Shown here piece after piece: positions 41,841-55,827 of a stretch of DNA of 64,000 bases. Numbering within the stretch: the first letter of the stretch is position 1; each line of letters starts with the position of its first letter. Location of the stretch: positions 84,692,001 through 84,756,000 of the forward strand of contig OZ024740.1 of NCBI GenBank assembly GCA_964016885.1. The letters are read 5' to 3'. Under the pieces are notes generated by a model. It saw only the letters and a program-made list of their open reading frames with translations, was not told where the DNA came from and searched no databases. Made by a program: the position numbers and the translations under genes. Source of the DNA: Eledone cirrhosa (lineage: Eukaryota).

Positions 41841-43213
41841 GTATAGGATTATCCAAGATGCAGTGATGGTTAATTACTACACTGGATATGGTTGACGTAC
41901 GGTAAGAGGTTACTCTACGAGTTATGGAAGAATTGTTCAAGAAACTTAGTTCCTGATCCTTCAGTATTCCGGAGTGTATATAAAGAATGAATAATAACAG
42001 GTAGACATCATAAAAAGGTAGTTTATTCCATGTGCTTACAAGTGTTTCCACGGTGGTACTGCAGCCTAGTTCCGCTACGTGCAAATTCACAAGTATTTGC
42101 AGAACTCGAATATCCAATGCTGTGACCACTGTTTCCTCAGAGCAGAATGGTAAATATACAATGTAAAAACCCTTAAGTGGGGTTGTTGGGGAAGATAGAG
42201 TGGAACAGGAAGAGAGAAAAGTAGGGAAGATGGAGAGAGAAGGAAAGATATGCAGGGGTTGGAGAAGTAGGAGAGAGTGGCTTGTAGATATCATAATCAA
42301 AATGTTATGGTAGGGGTTTTATTAGTTACTTTTGGAGAGATGCGTAGATAGTTGAGGTCGGAATTATTTATTGCCCCAGAGGTCAGGTTCATAGATGTTG
42401 AGAGGGAGGTAGGTCAAAGGTGAGAGAGAGAGAGTGTAATGGATGTAGAGAGAGATATATAGGTAGAGAGGGGACAGATAAAGTATATGTGGTGAGTGAA
42501 CTTTTGGTTTCGTAGTAGTAATCTAGGAATTGTACTGAGTTACCATGTATAGTGATAAGCAGTGTATTGTCTTGTAGTGTGGGGGAGAAGAGAAGGTTGT
42601 TAGCTAGAAAGTGGTGTTGTAGTTACGGGTTCGAATGTTAAGTTATTTTATAGTGAGAGAATTTAGCTTTTAGTTTGTGGTTGCAGTATAATGATCGTTC
42701 AATTCTATCGTTAAGTAATTTGTTTTTGGATTTTAGTATGTAAAATAGCTCAAGGTTACAGAACCTGCAGTACTTCAAACCACTCCGATATGCATTTGCG
42801 CTGGAAAGTATATCCCATTTTAAGGTGAACTGTTGGTTGTGTTCGCGGAGTTGCCAGGTCTTGTTGGCGAGCGTGGTCACAAAACGGTGATTCTGATGTT
42901 TGATTGAGAATCGATGACGGTACCAGCGGAACTAGGCTGCAGTACCACCGTGGAAACACTTGTAAGCACACGGAATAAACTACCTTTTTATGATGTCTAC
43001 CTGTTATTATTCATTCTTTATATACACTCCGGAATACTGAAGGATCAGGAACTAAGTTTCTTGAACAATTCTTCCATAACTCGTAGAGTAACCTCTTACC
43101 GTACGTCAACCATATCCAGTGTAGTAATTAACCATCACTGCATCTTGGATAATCCTATACCTAATAATCGCCTCCTACATAGTTGAGCAACCACATCGAC
43201 ACACGGCATTAAT

Positions 43214-45541
43214 ATGGAAAGGCATCATATAGGTATGTCACTTAAAAACATACCTATACCTAACAAAAGGGAATATATTCTCAGTATGATTCAACGCAGT
43301 AACGACTTCATTCGGCGTGTACGATGGAAAGCTTTCCACTTCGATAAAGGACGTGCCAATCACTCGTCTGAATCATATGGTTTTAAATCATGTAAAAACC
43401 CACCTACAAACCCTCACCTCGAAGCTTTCGAACAGGACTTATTGAAAACTACCATGAACATTAAGTTCAACAGACATAGAAATAATGAGCTGCAGAACAA
43501 CATGAAAGCACTACTCCGAAGATTGCAAAATACCAATGGAATTGTTGTGAAAGCTGACAAGACTTCTAACGTCTATACCATGGATATCGATGCGTATAAT
43601 AACTTCATACGCAACGAACTACACAAAAAATATAGAAAAACAAATGAAACTACGCTAGCAAATATTAACAACGAGGCATACAAAGTGGTAAAGAATCTCA
43701 AGATAGACGATAGAACCGAGCCGATTATACCCGCTACCCCCATCTTCAACCTGAAGGACCATAAGGTAAATTTTGACTCTAACCCTAAGATTAGACTTAT
43801 ATGCCCTTCTAAATCAGACATAGGGAAAATTAGTAAACATATACTTGACAGAGTAATAACTCAAGTGAAAAAGAAAATTGAAATTAAATTATGGGGCAAC
43901 ACTAGCGAAGCAATTCGCTGGTTTAATAATGTTAAGAATAAGAATAAATCTAAGTTTATACAATTTGACATAGACGAATACTACTCTTCCATCTCACCAA
44001 GCACTTTACGTAAGGCCCTATCGTTTGCTAAGGCCAATTCCGACCTAACGGAGGAAGAAATTAATATTATTCTCGAGGCTAGAAAAACCATTATTAAGTT
44101 CGATAACTGCTACTGGGAACGTAAGGACAGACCCACAAATTTCGATATTACCATGGGTTCCAACGACTCGGCGGAGGTCACGGATCTCGTGGGAATTTAC
44201 ATAGCCCACATATTACATAGTAGATTTAGTAATCTACAGGGGGGGATATATAGAGATGACGGGCTCTTATTAGTTAATAACTTGAATAACCAAAATCTTG
44301 AAAGGCTACGGAAAAATATTAGAAAATCTTTTAGTGAACTGGGCCTAAAAATAACATACGAATACAATCTAAAGGTAGTAAACTTTCTGGACGTAACTCT
44401 TAATTTAAATACCGGACAGATACGACCCTTCCACAAGGTAAATGAGAACCTTACGTATATTGACTTTAACTCTAACCACCCACTCTCCATGATCAAATCA
44501 GTTCCCCGGAGTATTTCTCTTAGAATCTCTCGCCTATCGTCTAACTCTGATATTTTTAGCGAACATGCTGAATACTACAATAATGCATTAAGGAATGCTG
44601 ACCACCGGGATACAATAGAATACATCGATAGTAATTTCCACAACACACATAGCTCTACACGTAATCAAGGTATACGTAACCGGGGGACTAAAACACAAGC
44701 ACACACACACTATACTACCAGACATACTAATAATAGAAGTTCACCACCAAATAAATCACGTTGTAGAAAGTATATCTGGTATAATCCTATTTTTAATGCC
44801 TCGATTAGTACAAAACTATCTCTTTCATTCTTTAAATTAATCAATAAACACTTCCCTAGTTCCCATAAGTACAGCAAAATTCTGAACTCCAAAACTATTA
44901 GACTATCATACTCCACGGCACCAAACCTTGAAGCATACATAAAAAAACTTAACTTAAGGCAATTAAACAACTCTACAAAACAAAACATTTTAGTAACAGG
45001 TGGGCAGAACGCAATATCTGCCTCCCAACCACTAAATGGGAGACGGGTATTGCACAACCCACCTGTACCGCTATCACAACCTATCCATGGTATACCCGCT
45101 ACCCACAACAAAGCATGTAACTGCCATCTACCTGAATGATGTCCATTGCAGAATGAATGCCTAAAGTCCAACATTGTTTACCAATGCACGGTTGAATCGG
45201 ACGACCAGAAATGGTATTATATCGGATCTACCACCACATCGTTTAAATCTCGCTGGTACCGTCATCGATTCTCAATCAAACATCAGAATCACCGTTTTGT
45301 GACCACGCTCGCCAACAAGACCTGGCAACTCCGCGAACACAACCAACAGTTCACCTTAAAATGGGATATACTTTCCAGCGCAAATGCATATCGGAGTGGT
45401 TTGAAGTACTGCAGGTTATGTAACCTTGAGCTATTTTACATACTAAAATCCCAAAACAAATTACTTAACGATAGAATTGAACGATCATTATACTGCAACC
45501 ACAAACTAAAAGCTAAATTCTCTCACTATAAAATAACTTAA
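43214..45541 (+). CDS. PLE polyprotein RT + GIY-YIG, 775 codons with one in-frame TGA (45137-45139)
   Basis: KADKT, FIQFDIDEYYSSI, ITMGS, GGIYRDDGL, VVNFLDVTL, CNCHLPE*CPL (CxCx5C), NIVYQC..YYIGST..FKSRWYRH. Confidence 0.85.
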
Positions 45542-46034
45542 CATTCGAACCCGTAACTACAACACCACTTTCTAGCTAACAACCTTCTCTTCTCCCCCAC
45601 ACTACAAGACAATACACTGCTTATCACTATACATGGTAACTCAGTACAATTCCTAGATTACTACTACGAAACCAAAAGTTCACTCACCACATATACTTTA
45701 TCTGTCCCCTCTCTACCTATATATCTCTCTCTACATCCATTACACTCTCTCTCTCTCACCTTTGACCTACCTCCCTCTCAACATCTATGAACCTGACCTC
45801 TGGGGCAATAAATAATTCCGACCTCAACTATCTACGCATCTCTCCAAAAGTAACTAATAAAACCCCTACCATAACATTTTGATTATGATATCTACAAGCC
45901 ACTCTCTCCTACTTCTCCAACCCCTGCATATCTTTCCTTCTCTCTCCATCTTCCCTACTTTTCTCTCTTCCTGTTCCACTCTATCTTCCCCAACAACCCC
46001 ACTTAAGGGTTTTTACATTGTATATTTACCATTC

Positions 46035-46146
46035 TGCTCTGAGGAAACAGTGGTCACAGCATTGGATATTCGAGTTCTGCAAATACTTGTGAATTTGCAC
46101 GTAGCGGAACTAGGCTGCAGTACCACCGTGGAAACACTTGTAAGCA
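46035..46146 (+). ncRNA. Type-I hammerhead with extended stem II in PLE pLTR
   Basis: TGCT-CTGAGGA-ACAGTGGT...ACCACCGT-GAAAC-ACTT-GT-A-AGCA. Confidence 0.72.
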
Positions 46147-46193
46147 CACGGAATAAACTACCTTTTTATGATGTCTACCTGTTATTATTCATT

Positions 46194-46263
<70 letters not shown>

Positions 46264-46486
46264 CGTTTCTGAATTTGTTTAGCAAGATTCTTTATCTGGC
46301 AACATGACCCTCCCAAAGTATAACAATATATATATATATAATAGAAAAAACATACATATATATATATAATAGAAAAAAACGAGAAAGTTCCGTTTAAAAA
46401 AAAAAAGACATTTATTGTGTATCGACCTGTAACGCGCGTTTCCCAGAGGATTGGCTCAAGGTCACCCAACACCAGTAATTCACAGA

Positions 46487-46519
<33 letters not shown>

Positions 46520-46539
46520 GTTGTGTGATATGATATATC

Positions 46540-47010
46540 ATCTTTTAAACATCTCAAAACTCACTATCTCCAATTGGTATTCCTGCTAGCCCTTAACTAT
46601 GGCCATGAATCTTAGGTGATGACCGAAACAATACGATCGCCAATACGTGCGGCCGAAATGGGGTTCCTCCGAAGAGTCTTTGGTGTAACCTTACTCGATA
46701 GAGTGCATAGCTATAAGATTAGAGAGTCGCTCCAGGTAGAACCGCTACTTCCCCGAATTGAGAGATCGCAGCTCCGATATTATGGTCATGTGATTAGAAT
46801 GCCTCAGGAAAAAATCGCTGGACAGATTTTACAGACAAAACCAGCCGGCAGGAGACTCCGGGGGTAGACTCTGATCAAGATGGTTGGATAACATCCGTGC
46901 ACTTGGTTGATCTCGCCTGGGGATCTGGCCAGATCAGTTGGAGACGGTTGCTTTTGATAGGACCCGCTGGAAAGTGTGTTTAAGGACTCTGTCCCCACGA
47001 CTCTCTCAAC
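46540..47010 (+). mobile_element. RTE-clade LINE 3' fragment with (AAG)n tail
   Basis: IRAAEMGFLRRVFGVTLLDRV..IRESLQVEPL..LRYYGHVIRM; tail 47011-47088. Confidence 0.85.
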
Positions 47011-47334
47011 AAGAAGAAGAAGAAGAAGAAGAAGAAGAAGAAGAAGAAGAAGAAGAAGAAGAAGAAGAAGAAGAAGAAGAAGAAGAAGAATGTTTTCTTT
47101 ATTAACCACAAGGTTTCACATAAAGTAGACATTAAGGACAGTACAGGACAATACAGGACGGTACAAATGGGCATTTCTGCGTGTAAAAAAACAGAGGTTG
47201 AAATAAAATAACAAAGAAAAATTCCCCAATAGGGGGGAGACTTCCAAGGGACATTTGTGGAGAAAGCCCATTAAAAGACCACAGTGGCCCTGACCACCAG
47301 GGCAAGTGCCCTCTCCCAGTTTTCCACCTTTAAT

Positions 47335-50300
47335 TTACAGACACATACTCAGAGAAGGCCCATTCATTCGGGCCATACTTGCTTCTCTCACCCATCTTTC
47401 AACAAAATGCTGGGAAGAGAGCACTTCCCTCTCTACCCTGATTTTCCTTTTCAAATGAAATTTGAAAAAGTTAATCAGGGCATCACCGAAAAGGTAAGTG
47501 CTCGTCTTCAGCCCTTTCAAACGTGTCCACCATACTATCTCTTTCGCCATGGCCACCAGACAGATAAAAACTTCCTGCCCTTCCCGGCTAAAGTAAGAGG
47601 GAAGGGCAATCCTCACGATGGACTCAGCTGATAGCCGGATCCGTCCTACACGTGAAAGCAGGTGTTCGACATAAACCCACAAGTCAGAAATGCTCGGACA
47701 CTGGACGAGTGCGTGCAGGACGGATTCGTCGTCCTGCGCGCATCTCGGACATACCCGGCTGACGGCACCTCCATGCCTGTAGAGTTTATCCCGAACTGGC
47801 AAGGCTCCTCGGTAGCACTGCCAGGCCAGGGATTTATGGAAGTTGTCCATAGGCCCCGGCCCGAAAGTCCTTCCGAAGAGGTTGGCTAGTTGATTTTCGT
47901 CGACGCCTAGAGTTTCTCCAAGTACGTCGTCGCTCTTCCCCTCCACTAATCCTCTATAGAACGCCAAGGTGGTGTTTCCACCGACCACATTGCCCGATTG
48001 GTCGAGGGCTGTGAGCGCCTGAAGACATTCCAGTCTCCAAGCGCTCCCTCTCGGTCTTCGCTTGACCCAGGACTGCAGCTCCGTCAAGGAGACGAGCTGG
48101 GGAAAGACGTGTCTAGCATACGGAGACCACACCTGATCACCGTCGAGGAAGAGGTGGAGATCTCGTAGCCTGAGCGCGTGTCTGCGCATCATCAGCCACA
48201 ACAATTCCAGCCCTCCACGTAGCGGGTGTTGACAGCAGATGGACCGCCTGACCATCGGAGCGCGTCCCTTCCACAAGAAGCGAAAGAGCAAACGCTCCAG
48301 CGCAGTCAGGCGGGGCTTAGGACAAGGTACGACGGTCAGGCGGTAGTAGATGACGGATGCGATGTACGCATTCGCCACCTCCGCTCGACCTTTCAGGGAT
48401 AGCTTCCTCTCGGCCCATTTCTGGGTGAGAGAAGCCACCCTGCTCGTCACCTCGTCCCAGTTTTTGTCCGTCTGGAGGTCTGGACCGAACCAGACCCCTA
48501 GCAATTTAACCGGTCCGTCCGTCCAGCGCCCGACGACGCTGTTGGACGGCATGGACCTGCCTCTCCAGGTGCCGAGCTGCAGGCCCACTGACTTTTCCTG
48601 GTTGATCATTGCTCCTGTCACCGCTTCGTATTCTCTTAGTGTAGTGCCGATCGCCTCGATGTGTTTGGCGTTCGACACCACTACGGTGACATCGTCGGCA
48701 TATGCTGACACGGATCTTCCGCATCCTAGTTCGCGCGGGACCCCCCCTCAACGTCTCCAGTTTGTGCAGTAATGGCTCGAGAGTCAATACGTACAATAGG
48801 GATGAGAGGGGACATCCTTGGCGGACCGAGCGCATGATGTTGAACGGTTCCGAAAGGTGACCGTTCACTCTCACTACAGAGCAGATGTCGCTGTGCATGG
48901 CAGCGATCCAGCCTCTGAAGACGGGCCCAAAGCCAGCCGCCCTCAGGACTGCCGCTAGGTAACGATGGTCGACCCTGTCGAAAGCTTTCGACTGATCTAA
49001 ATTGAGCAAGGACCCACCCGAGCCAGGTTCCCTAGCTATCCTCTTCACGATGTATCGCATGAGGTGGAGGTTGTCGTGGATGGATCTGTCGGGAATGGCG
49101 CATGTCTGCGCCTCTCCCACCAGACCACCAACGACAAGCGCCAACCTCTTTGCTAGCACCTTGGCCAAAATCTTGAACTCTGTGTTTAGCAGAGTTATGG
49201 GCCTAAAATTATCTATGTTATCCCCCTTGTTCGGATCCTTTCTCAGCAGCGCCAGCGCTCCTCGGCTCACAGAGCTGGGAATTCTCCCGTTCTGTTGCCA
49301 GTTGCAGTAGACGTCCGCCAAGAGGCCTCCGAACAAGTTTGGCATTTGTACGTAAAGTTCATTGGGCAGACCATCCAAACCAGGCGATTTACCCCTTGTG
49401 CAACTAGTCATTGCATCCCGTACTTCAGCGGTTGTTATCGGCTTTTCGCAACACTCCGCCTCAGTGGCCGAAAGCCGCGGCAGTCCGTCGAGGTAGACAC
49501 TAAAGTCCATCCCTCGATCCGGCCCGCCACTGCCCCCGAACAGTTGAGCGAAGTGTCGCTGAAAAGCTTCACACATTTGCCCGGGATCGAGTAGCATGCG
49601 CCCGTCGTGGTCCACCAAAGACCGGATCGTGGCTTTGTTGCCACGACGCGCCTCCGCCACTCGGGCCCATTGAACGGCTTTCGTTCCCTCGTGTCTGAGA
49701 GCACGCACCCTAGCTCTGACAACGCAGCCTTCGTGCTTTGCATTGAAGAATTGGTCAAGGGCCAATTTCGCCGCAAGTACGTCGGTCGCGATGCCTTTGC
49801 TAAGCGCCTCATCTAATTTTCTAACTAATTCTCCCTCTGCTCTATTTTTCTCTATTGCTAAAGTCTTACTAAACCTAATGGACTCTATTCTAATTGCTCT
49901 TTTCAGAGCAAACCACCACTTGTTGTTGACGATGGCCCCCGTCAACGCCCGCTTAACTAGTTCGCTAATCCGGTCTCTGTAGGCCTTGCGCGCTGGTAAG
50001 GACGCGTTTAACTTCCAGTAGCCGGGTCCTCGTCTATGAAGCCTATCTAAGTCAAGCACACAGATCACGAATTTGTGGTCCGTGTAGCTGACTATCTTGA
50101 ATTGTGGACAGCCTATGCTAGACCTATCTATTTCCCTACAAAATACTCTATCTAGATATGATCTGGATGACCCTATGCGATTTGTCCAAGTCCATATTGG
50201 TACATTCGGGAAATCCATTCGGTACCTGTCAGACAGTTCAAAACGTCTGAGCAGGTTGGTGAGACTCTTGCACCCTCCTTCCCTATCCACTAATCCCACA

Positions 50301-50755
50301 CAATCCCAGCGTGCATCTAAGATCCCGTTCCAGTCGCCCACTAACACTAAAGAGCGGGACGTTCCAAGAAAGGTCTCCAGACGCCGGAAGAAATCAGGCC
50401 GCCCTGCTCCTGTCGGGGCATAGACGGCCACTAACCTGAAAGCTTGCCCGTCTCCGCTGGTCACGTCCAGCACCACCAACTTACCTTCTGGGTCCAGGAA
50501 GATGGCCCGTATGGCAAGATCCAAACCTCTCCGAAAAAGCACAGCAACTCCTCCCCCCGATCCCGGACGGCTGGGAGATGCGTACACATCGTAGCCGCCG
50601 AAGATCGGTGCGAAAGCCTCTGCTTCGGAGATTCTGGTCTCGCTGATGGCCACTACATCTATGTTTAGTGACCTGAGGTCGTTGAGCAGGTGGCCCTGCT
50701 TCCATGACGACCCCAAGGCACGCGCATTTATGCTGCCTATTCTGAGTGAGGTCAT
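47335..50755 (-). CDS. Tx1 ORF2 (APE-RT-Cys domain), single frameshift at a G-run near 48741-48748
   Basis: MTSLRIGSINARAL, SETRI, GDWN, YLDRVF, YTDH; RPITLLN, LDQSKAFDRV, QGCPLS, YADD; CPRC..HALVQC. Confidence 0.92.
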
Positions 50756-50789
50756 GTTGAAAAGGAGTGGAAAAGATGGGAAAGACCAC

Positions 50790-52755
50790 TTACCTTACTT
50801 CTCGTAGGGGAAGGACGGCTTTTCCATCCTTTTCACTGCTTGTGGCCTCCTCAGGAAGGATGTCCTTATAAATCCTCCTGGAGAGTGCTTGTCGGAAGTC
50901 TCCGATGTCTTTGGGGAATTTTTGTTTTAGTGTCATGTACGTTTTCTGTGTGATGCGAGTGATTTGTATGTGTGGAGGTGGTGTGAATTTTGGGGTTGTT
51001 GTGTAGTCTTTTTCTGTGATGCTGGTGTTGTGTTGGATGTAGTGTAATAATTGCTTGTTGTTCAAATTTAATGCTGTGTAGTGTGTATCGTTTTGGTTGT
51101 TTTGTTTTGTTTGCGTTTGTTGTGGGTTTGTTTCTGTTTCGCATTTTGGTGACTTTTGTGGTGTAGGTGATGGTGGTGCTGGGGATAATGATGGTGATGG
51201 CGTTTGGGTTGATGGGGTTGGTGATGCTGGTGTGGATGGTGGCATATCTGTCCTAACATTTTTGTTTCCCTCTGTATTTTGTTTTTGGAGGGGGAAGGAA
51301 GAGAATTTTTTCTTTTTTGGTTTCTTTTTTTTTTCCGGATATCGTTTCCCACTCCTCGTCGTCACAATCTGTCTCCAGTTGTGATAGGCCGGGGAGTGGA
51401 AAATCCTCCACAGCCGTTAGTTTTGGTTGTGGTGTGGTGGATGGTGTAGGCGCTGGTGCTAGTTCTGAAGCGTTGGGTGGTGGTGGTGTTGGTTTTGCTG
51501 GTGGTGGTAGTGGTGTTGGTTTTGCTACTGTTGCTGGGGTTGTTGCTGTTATAGTTGCTTCTGTTGTTGCTGCTACAGTTGTTGCTGCCATCTCTGCTAC
51601 TGGTGGTGTTGATGGTTGTGTCACTGGGGTGGGTAGGAGAGGTGGCCTCAACCTTTTAGCCTGAGGGCAGAAAGCCCTTAGGTGGCTTCCTTCACCACAA
51701 ACGACACACCTAGGTCTTCTGCCCTCGACAATTACCGTGAGGTGGCTGCCGTCAGTGAGGTCTATTACCTCTGGGATCTCCTCAATGCTTTTTTGGTCCG
51801 CTTGGATCAGGAGCTCCATCCCAGATCCGGACCAGTTTTCCTGCTTTTCTTTTGCTACTGCTATTATTTTCGTGTTGGCTTCGATGCCGGTGAGGACAGC
51901 CGCTATTAGCCAGGGAATTTCGATGGCCGGTGGAACGTGGGTCACCCTGATCTTTACGAGTCTCTGGCCACAATAGCTTGGGACGAGTGTGAGGTCTTCA
52001 CTTTTTAATGGGGCCATGGAGTGTTCTCTAGCCTCCTCTGGTGTTTCAAAGAACACATCCACGGTTCCATACTTTTGCCCACGTCTGATGTGGGTTTTTC
52101 TTGCCGACACATGTCCCAAAGCTTTTTGGATTTGGGACTCGGATGCCCGTTCCACTCGGCGCGATTTTACATTTATTGTTCTATACGACACGGTGCACAG
52201 GCGCCGATGCTCCATTTTATTAGGTGGGGGGGTGAGGCTGACCCTGTACCCATCTTTCTTTACCATTTGTTTGGCATTTTCTAAATCTTCTTGAGTTACC
52301 GTGAACGCTTCGAATTGTTTTGCTACGATGGCGAAACTGAGGGTCGGTTTTATAATGTCATTGTTGTTGTTGTTGCTATCGTTAATATTAATTTTATTTT
52401 CAGTTTTGGTGGTGGTGACGTCAGTCCTCTTTGGTGCGGAAGAGTCCATTTTGCTTGATTTCATTTCGACATCACGAGTTAATTTATTTTTTTCTTCTTT
52501 TGTTTCTGTTGTCGCGGTGGTGGTGGGGGTGGTGGTTGTCGCGGTGGTGGTGGTGGTGGTGGAGGCTTTAACACCTGCAGTCATTGGTAATGGCGGGAAA
52601 TGAATGTCTGCCTGAGACAAATTTAAAATATTGCTACTGCTTATATTTTTTTTAGTGTTGGCAAACGTAGTAACATTTACAATGGTGGTGTCGGTGTGAG
52701 GTGTTATTTTGTGACGAAGGCTTTCAGCTGCTTCGTGCAGAGGGGAATTAGCCAT
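50790..52755 (-). CDS. Tx1 ORF1 with CCHC knuckle, single frameshift at an A-run near 51325-51334
   Basis: CVVCGEGSHLRAFC; Pro/Thr-rich C-terminus; colinear with family A ORF1. Confidence 0.85.
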
Positions 52756-52964
52756 TTTTTTTCAAAGAAATTTTTGGATAATAATAAAAGTTAAAATTTT
52801 GGGCACAAGGCCCCAATGTTTTTGGGTGTCCTTTTCGGAAAACAATGTATGTGTGCTTATAAACAGTTAACAATAAAATTTTCCATAAATGGCAATTTTT
52901 AAACAAACGGAAATAACAAACCTTTGCGGAGCTCACGATAATACGATTTCCTACGTAGGTCGCC

Positions 52965-53021
<57 letters not shown>
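52965..53021. repeat. (AAT)n at Tx1 5' junction
   Basis: Direct observation. Confidence 0.95.
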
Positions 53022-53023
<2 letters not shown>

Positions 53024-53362
53024 AGTCATATTAGATGTGAAGGATTCAATAAATAAGAACTAAGCTGTTCCAATAAACGCTAATCGAAACCTAAATAGTT
53101 AAGTTAAATTGCATTTAAACTGCTGCGGTTTATCGCAGTAAATTTGTATTAGCTGCATTAAACTCTTTTGTATTAAATTACATGACATTAGATTATATTT
53201 TGTGAAAATATATTAACGTTAGTATGCTATTCAAATAAATAACATTTATCTCATATTAAATCAAAGTAACCAAAACTAAATGAATAAATTAAAAAGTAAT
53301 AGGTTAATAGTCTCATCGAATACCATAATAATAAGCCACGCATTTTTGCATATATTTATGCC

Positions 53363-53384
53363 TGTATGTGTGTGTGTGTGTGTC

Positions 53385-53434
<50 letters not shown>

Positions 53435-53818
53435 TGTGTCTATGTGTGTGTGTGTGTCTGTGTGTGTGGGTCTGTGTGTGTGTGTGTGTCTGTGTGTATG
53501 TGTGTATGTGTGTCTGTGTGTGTGTGTGAGTGTGTGTGTGTATGTGCGTGTGTGTGTGTGCACGCGTGTGGGTGGGTGTGTGGGTGTGGGTGTGTGCGTG
53601 TGTGGGTGTGTGTGTGTGTGTCTATGTGTGTGTGTGTCTGTGTGTGTGGGTGTGTGTGTGTGTGTGTCTCTGTGTGTGTGTGTCTGTGTGAGTGTGTGTG
53701 TGTGTGAGTGTGTGTGTGTATGTGCGTGTGTGTGTGTGCGCGCGTGTGGGTGTGGGTGTGGGTGTGTGGGTGGGTGGGTGGGTGTGGGTGTGTGAGGGGG
53801 GGGGGGGGGGGGGGGGGG
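53363..53818. repeat. Degenerate (TG)n satellite and G-run
   Basis: Direct observation. Confidence 0.95.
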
Positions 53819-53930
53819 CATATGTAACTCTTTAAAATTTACACTCACATAACCAGAAGACTTCCTATTCCAGTCATGATAAAAACAATAAAGCGAACGC
53901 AGACACACACACATATACACACACATAAAC

Positions 53931-53999
<69 letters not shown>

Positions 54000-54093
54000 A
54001 AATTAAAATTAAGGGTTGTCATGTCTGAGAGACATGCGCCATATCCACAGTTGAATAAGCTCAAAGATTCCAATGAATAGATCTGAGCATTAC

Positions 54094-54652
54094 ATATCAA
54101 CTAGAAATAGATTGACATATATATATATAAAATAAACATATGAAACAATCACAGGGAATAATTTATAAAGAATGTAAGCACACATAGCTAGGTAGGTAAC
54201 TAATTAACTACAACTTCAAATATAGATACCTTTTAAAATGATTAATCTACTTTGTATATATTTCTTTAAGTAAGAAATATATTTCACCAATTAATCCGTA
54301 AAATACAGTAGTCAATTCCTGGATGATCACCACTGTTCATGACTGGCTGTCGATGCTCCTATTCACGCCACTGGCATGACGTTGTGCAATGTGTGTATTT
54401 TGTTTTAAATGCAACACATGGTTCGAGTCATTCACAGATTTGCATTTGCTTTGTAAACGCAGATAGTTATCTTCTCCTTTGGTGAACATCCAGGAATTGA
54501 CTATATATATTTCTTACTTAAAGAAACATATACAAAGGAGATTAATCATTTTAAAAGGTATCTATATTTGAAGTTCTAGTTAATTAGTTACCTACCTACC
54601 TATGTGTGCTTACATTCTTTACAAATTATTCCCTGTGATTGTTTAATATGTT

Positions 54653-54727
<75 letters not shown>

Positions 54728-54743
54728 AATCTATTTCTAGTTG

Positions 54744-54747
<4 letters not shown>
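54094..54747. mobile_element. Fold-back structure with TA tracts inside both arms
   Basis: 54094-54331 inverted vs 54481-54747; no hammerhead core found. Confidence 0.65.
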
Positions 54748-54834
<87 letters not shown>

Positions 54835-54930
54835 GGAGCGTGAACCTAATAAACCTTTATTTGTCTACCTCTCTGTTTTGTTCCCGTCTAAATTTGCACT
54901 ATATATATATGTATATGTATATGTATATGT

Positions 54931-55270
54931 ACTAACAGAATGGCCCGGCGTTGCTCGGGATTCTAAACATAGATTGGCATGTTTATCCCTCCTTTCTGAA
55001 ACAGTTTCGTCGTATGTTCACCAATTGATGCAGAAGTCCTAATAAAAAGTGAAGTCGCCTTGGGTGAAACTGTTTCAGAAAGATTTTTCAAAAGCATGTA
55101 ATTGCGTTCCCTCTCTTTTTTGTTGTTGGTTTTGCTGCTGTTGGTGTGATAGCAGCCGTTGGTCGTACTACTAACACAGTCTCGTCCTTCTTCAGTCAAT
55201 CGTGTATATCCCCTTTTGCCTCGTCAGCAATGAGAACAATATTTGCTCTAGGGTTTTTATATCTTTGATA
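54931..55270 (+). mobile_element. Non-autonomous Helitron/Helentron-like element
   Basis: 5' ACTAACAG..GCCCGGCGTTGCTCGGG hairpin; 3' ..TTTTATATCTTTGAT; inserted in TA. Confidence 0.5.
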
Positions 55271-55827
55271 TATATTTATCCTTATCGAGTCTCGTGAAAT
55301 AAATACGTTTGTTTATATTTTGTTATTGTGAATGCAAAAATATCTGTACACGAATATATAATTATATATATATATACTAGCAGTGGTACCCGGCGTTGCA
55401 CGGGATAAGGTATTTTGGAACGCGGGCCGCCAACAGACCTAATCGTGGAAAAACTGCATGCCTGGACAATATGTAAAGAAAATAAACCGAATACTCTGAT
55501 GGCTGGATAATCTTTAAGATTTTCCTCGATGAAGCAGGAAAAATGCAGGTTTTCACCTAATGCGGGCCCTATGGGATCAAGAAAATGAATTTTTTTATGT
55601 GCATAATATGCCTTGAAATTTCGGGAAAATCGGCTAGACATAACGCCTCAAAAAAGCCCTAAAAAGCTGAAAAGCTTTTCACCTAATGCGGGCCCTAGAC
55701 CATAAAAAAAGTTGGATTTTCTTTGCTCACGGTATGAAGAAGATACTGACTAATACATAGTTACAATTTCAAGGAAATCGGTCTGACGTATCACTTCAAA
55801 AAACTCCTAAAAAGCTGAAAAAAGGAT

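Larger units (their letters stand above)
41838..46200 (+). mobile_element. Near-complete Penelope-like element (Naiad-like): inverted pLTR + partial direct pLTR + ORF + pLTR
   Basis: 41838-42927 is an inverted copy of the region from about 45252 through the pLTR; 42926-43165 begins with a direct copy of the pLTR end (46104-46200); (TA)n on both sides. Confidence 0.92.
47092..52964 (-). mobile_element. L1/Tx1-clade LINE family B, full length, near-intact
   Basis: 5' GG after (ATT)n; ORF1 and ORF2; 3' UTR with AATAAA then CATT(CTT)n. Confidence 0.95.
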
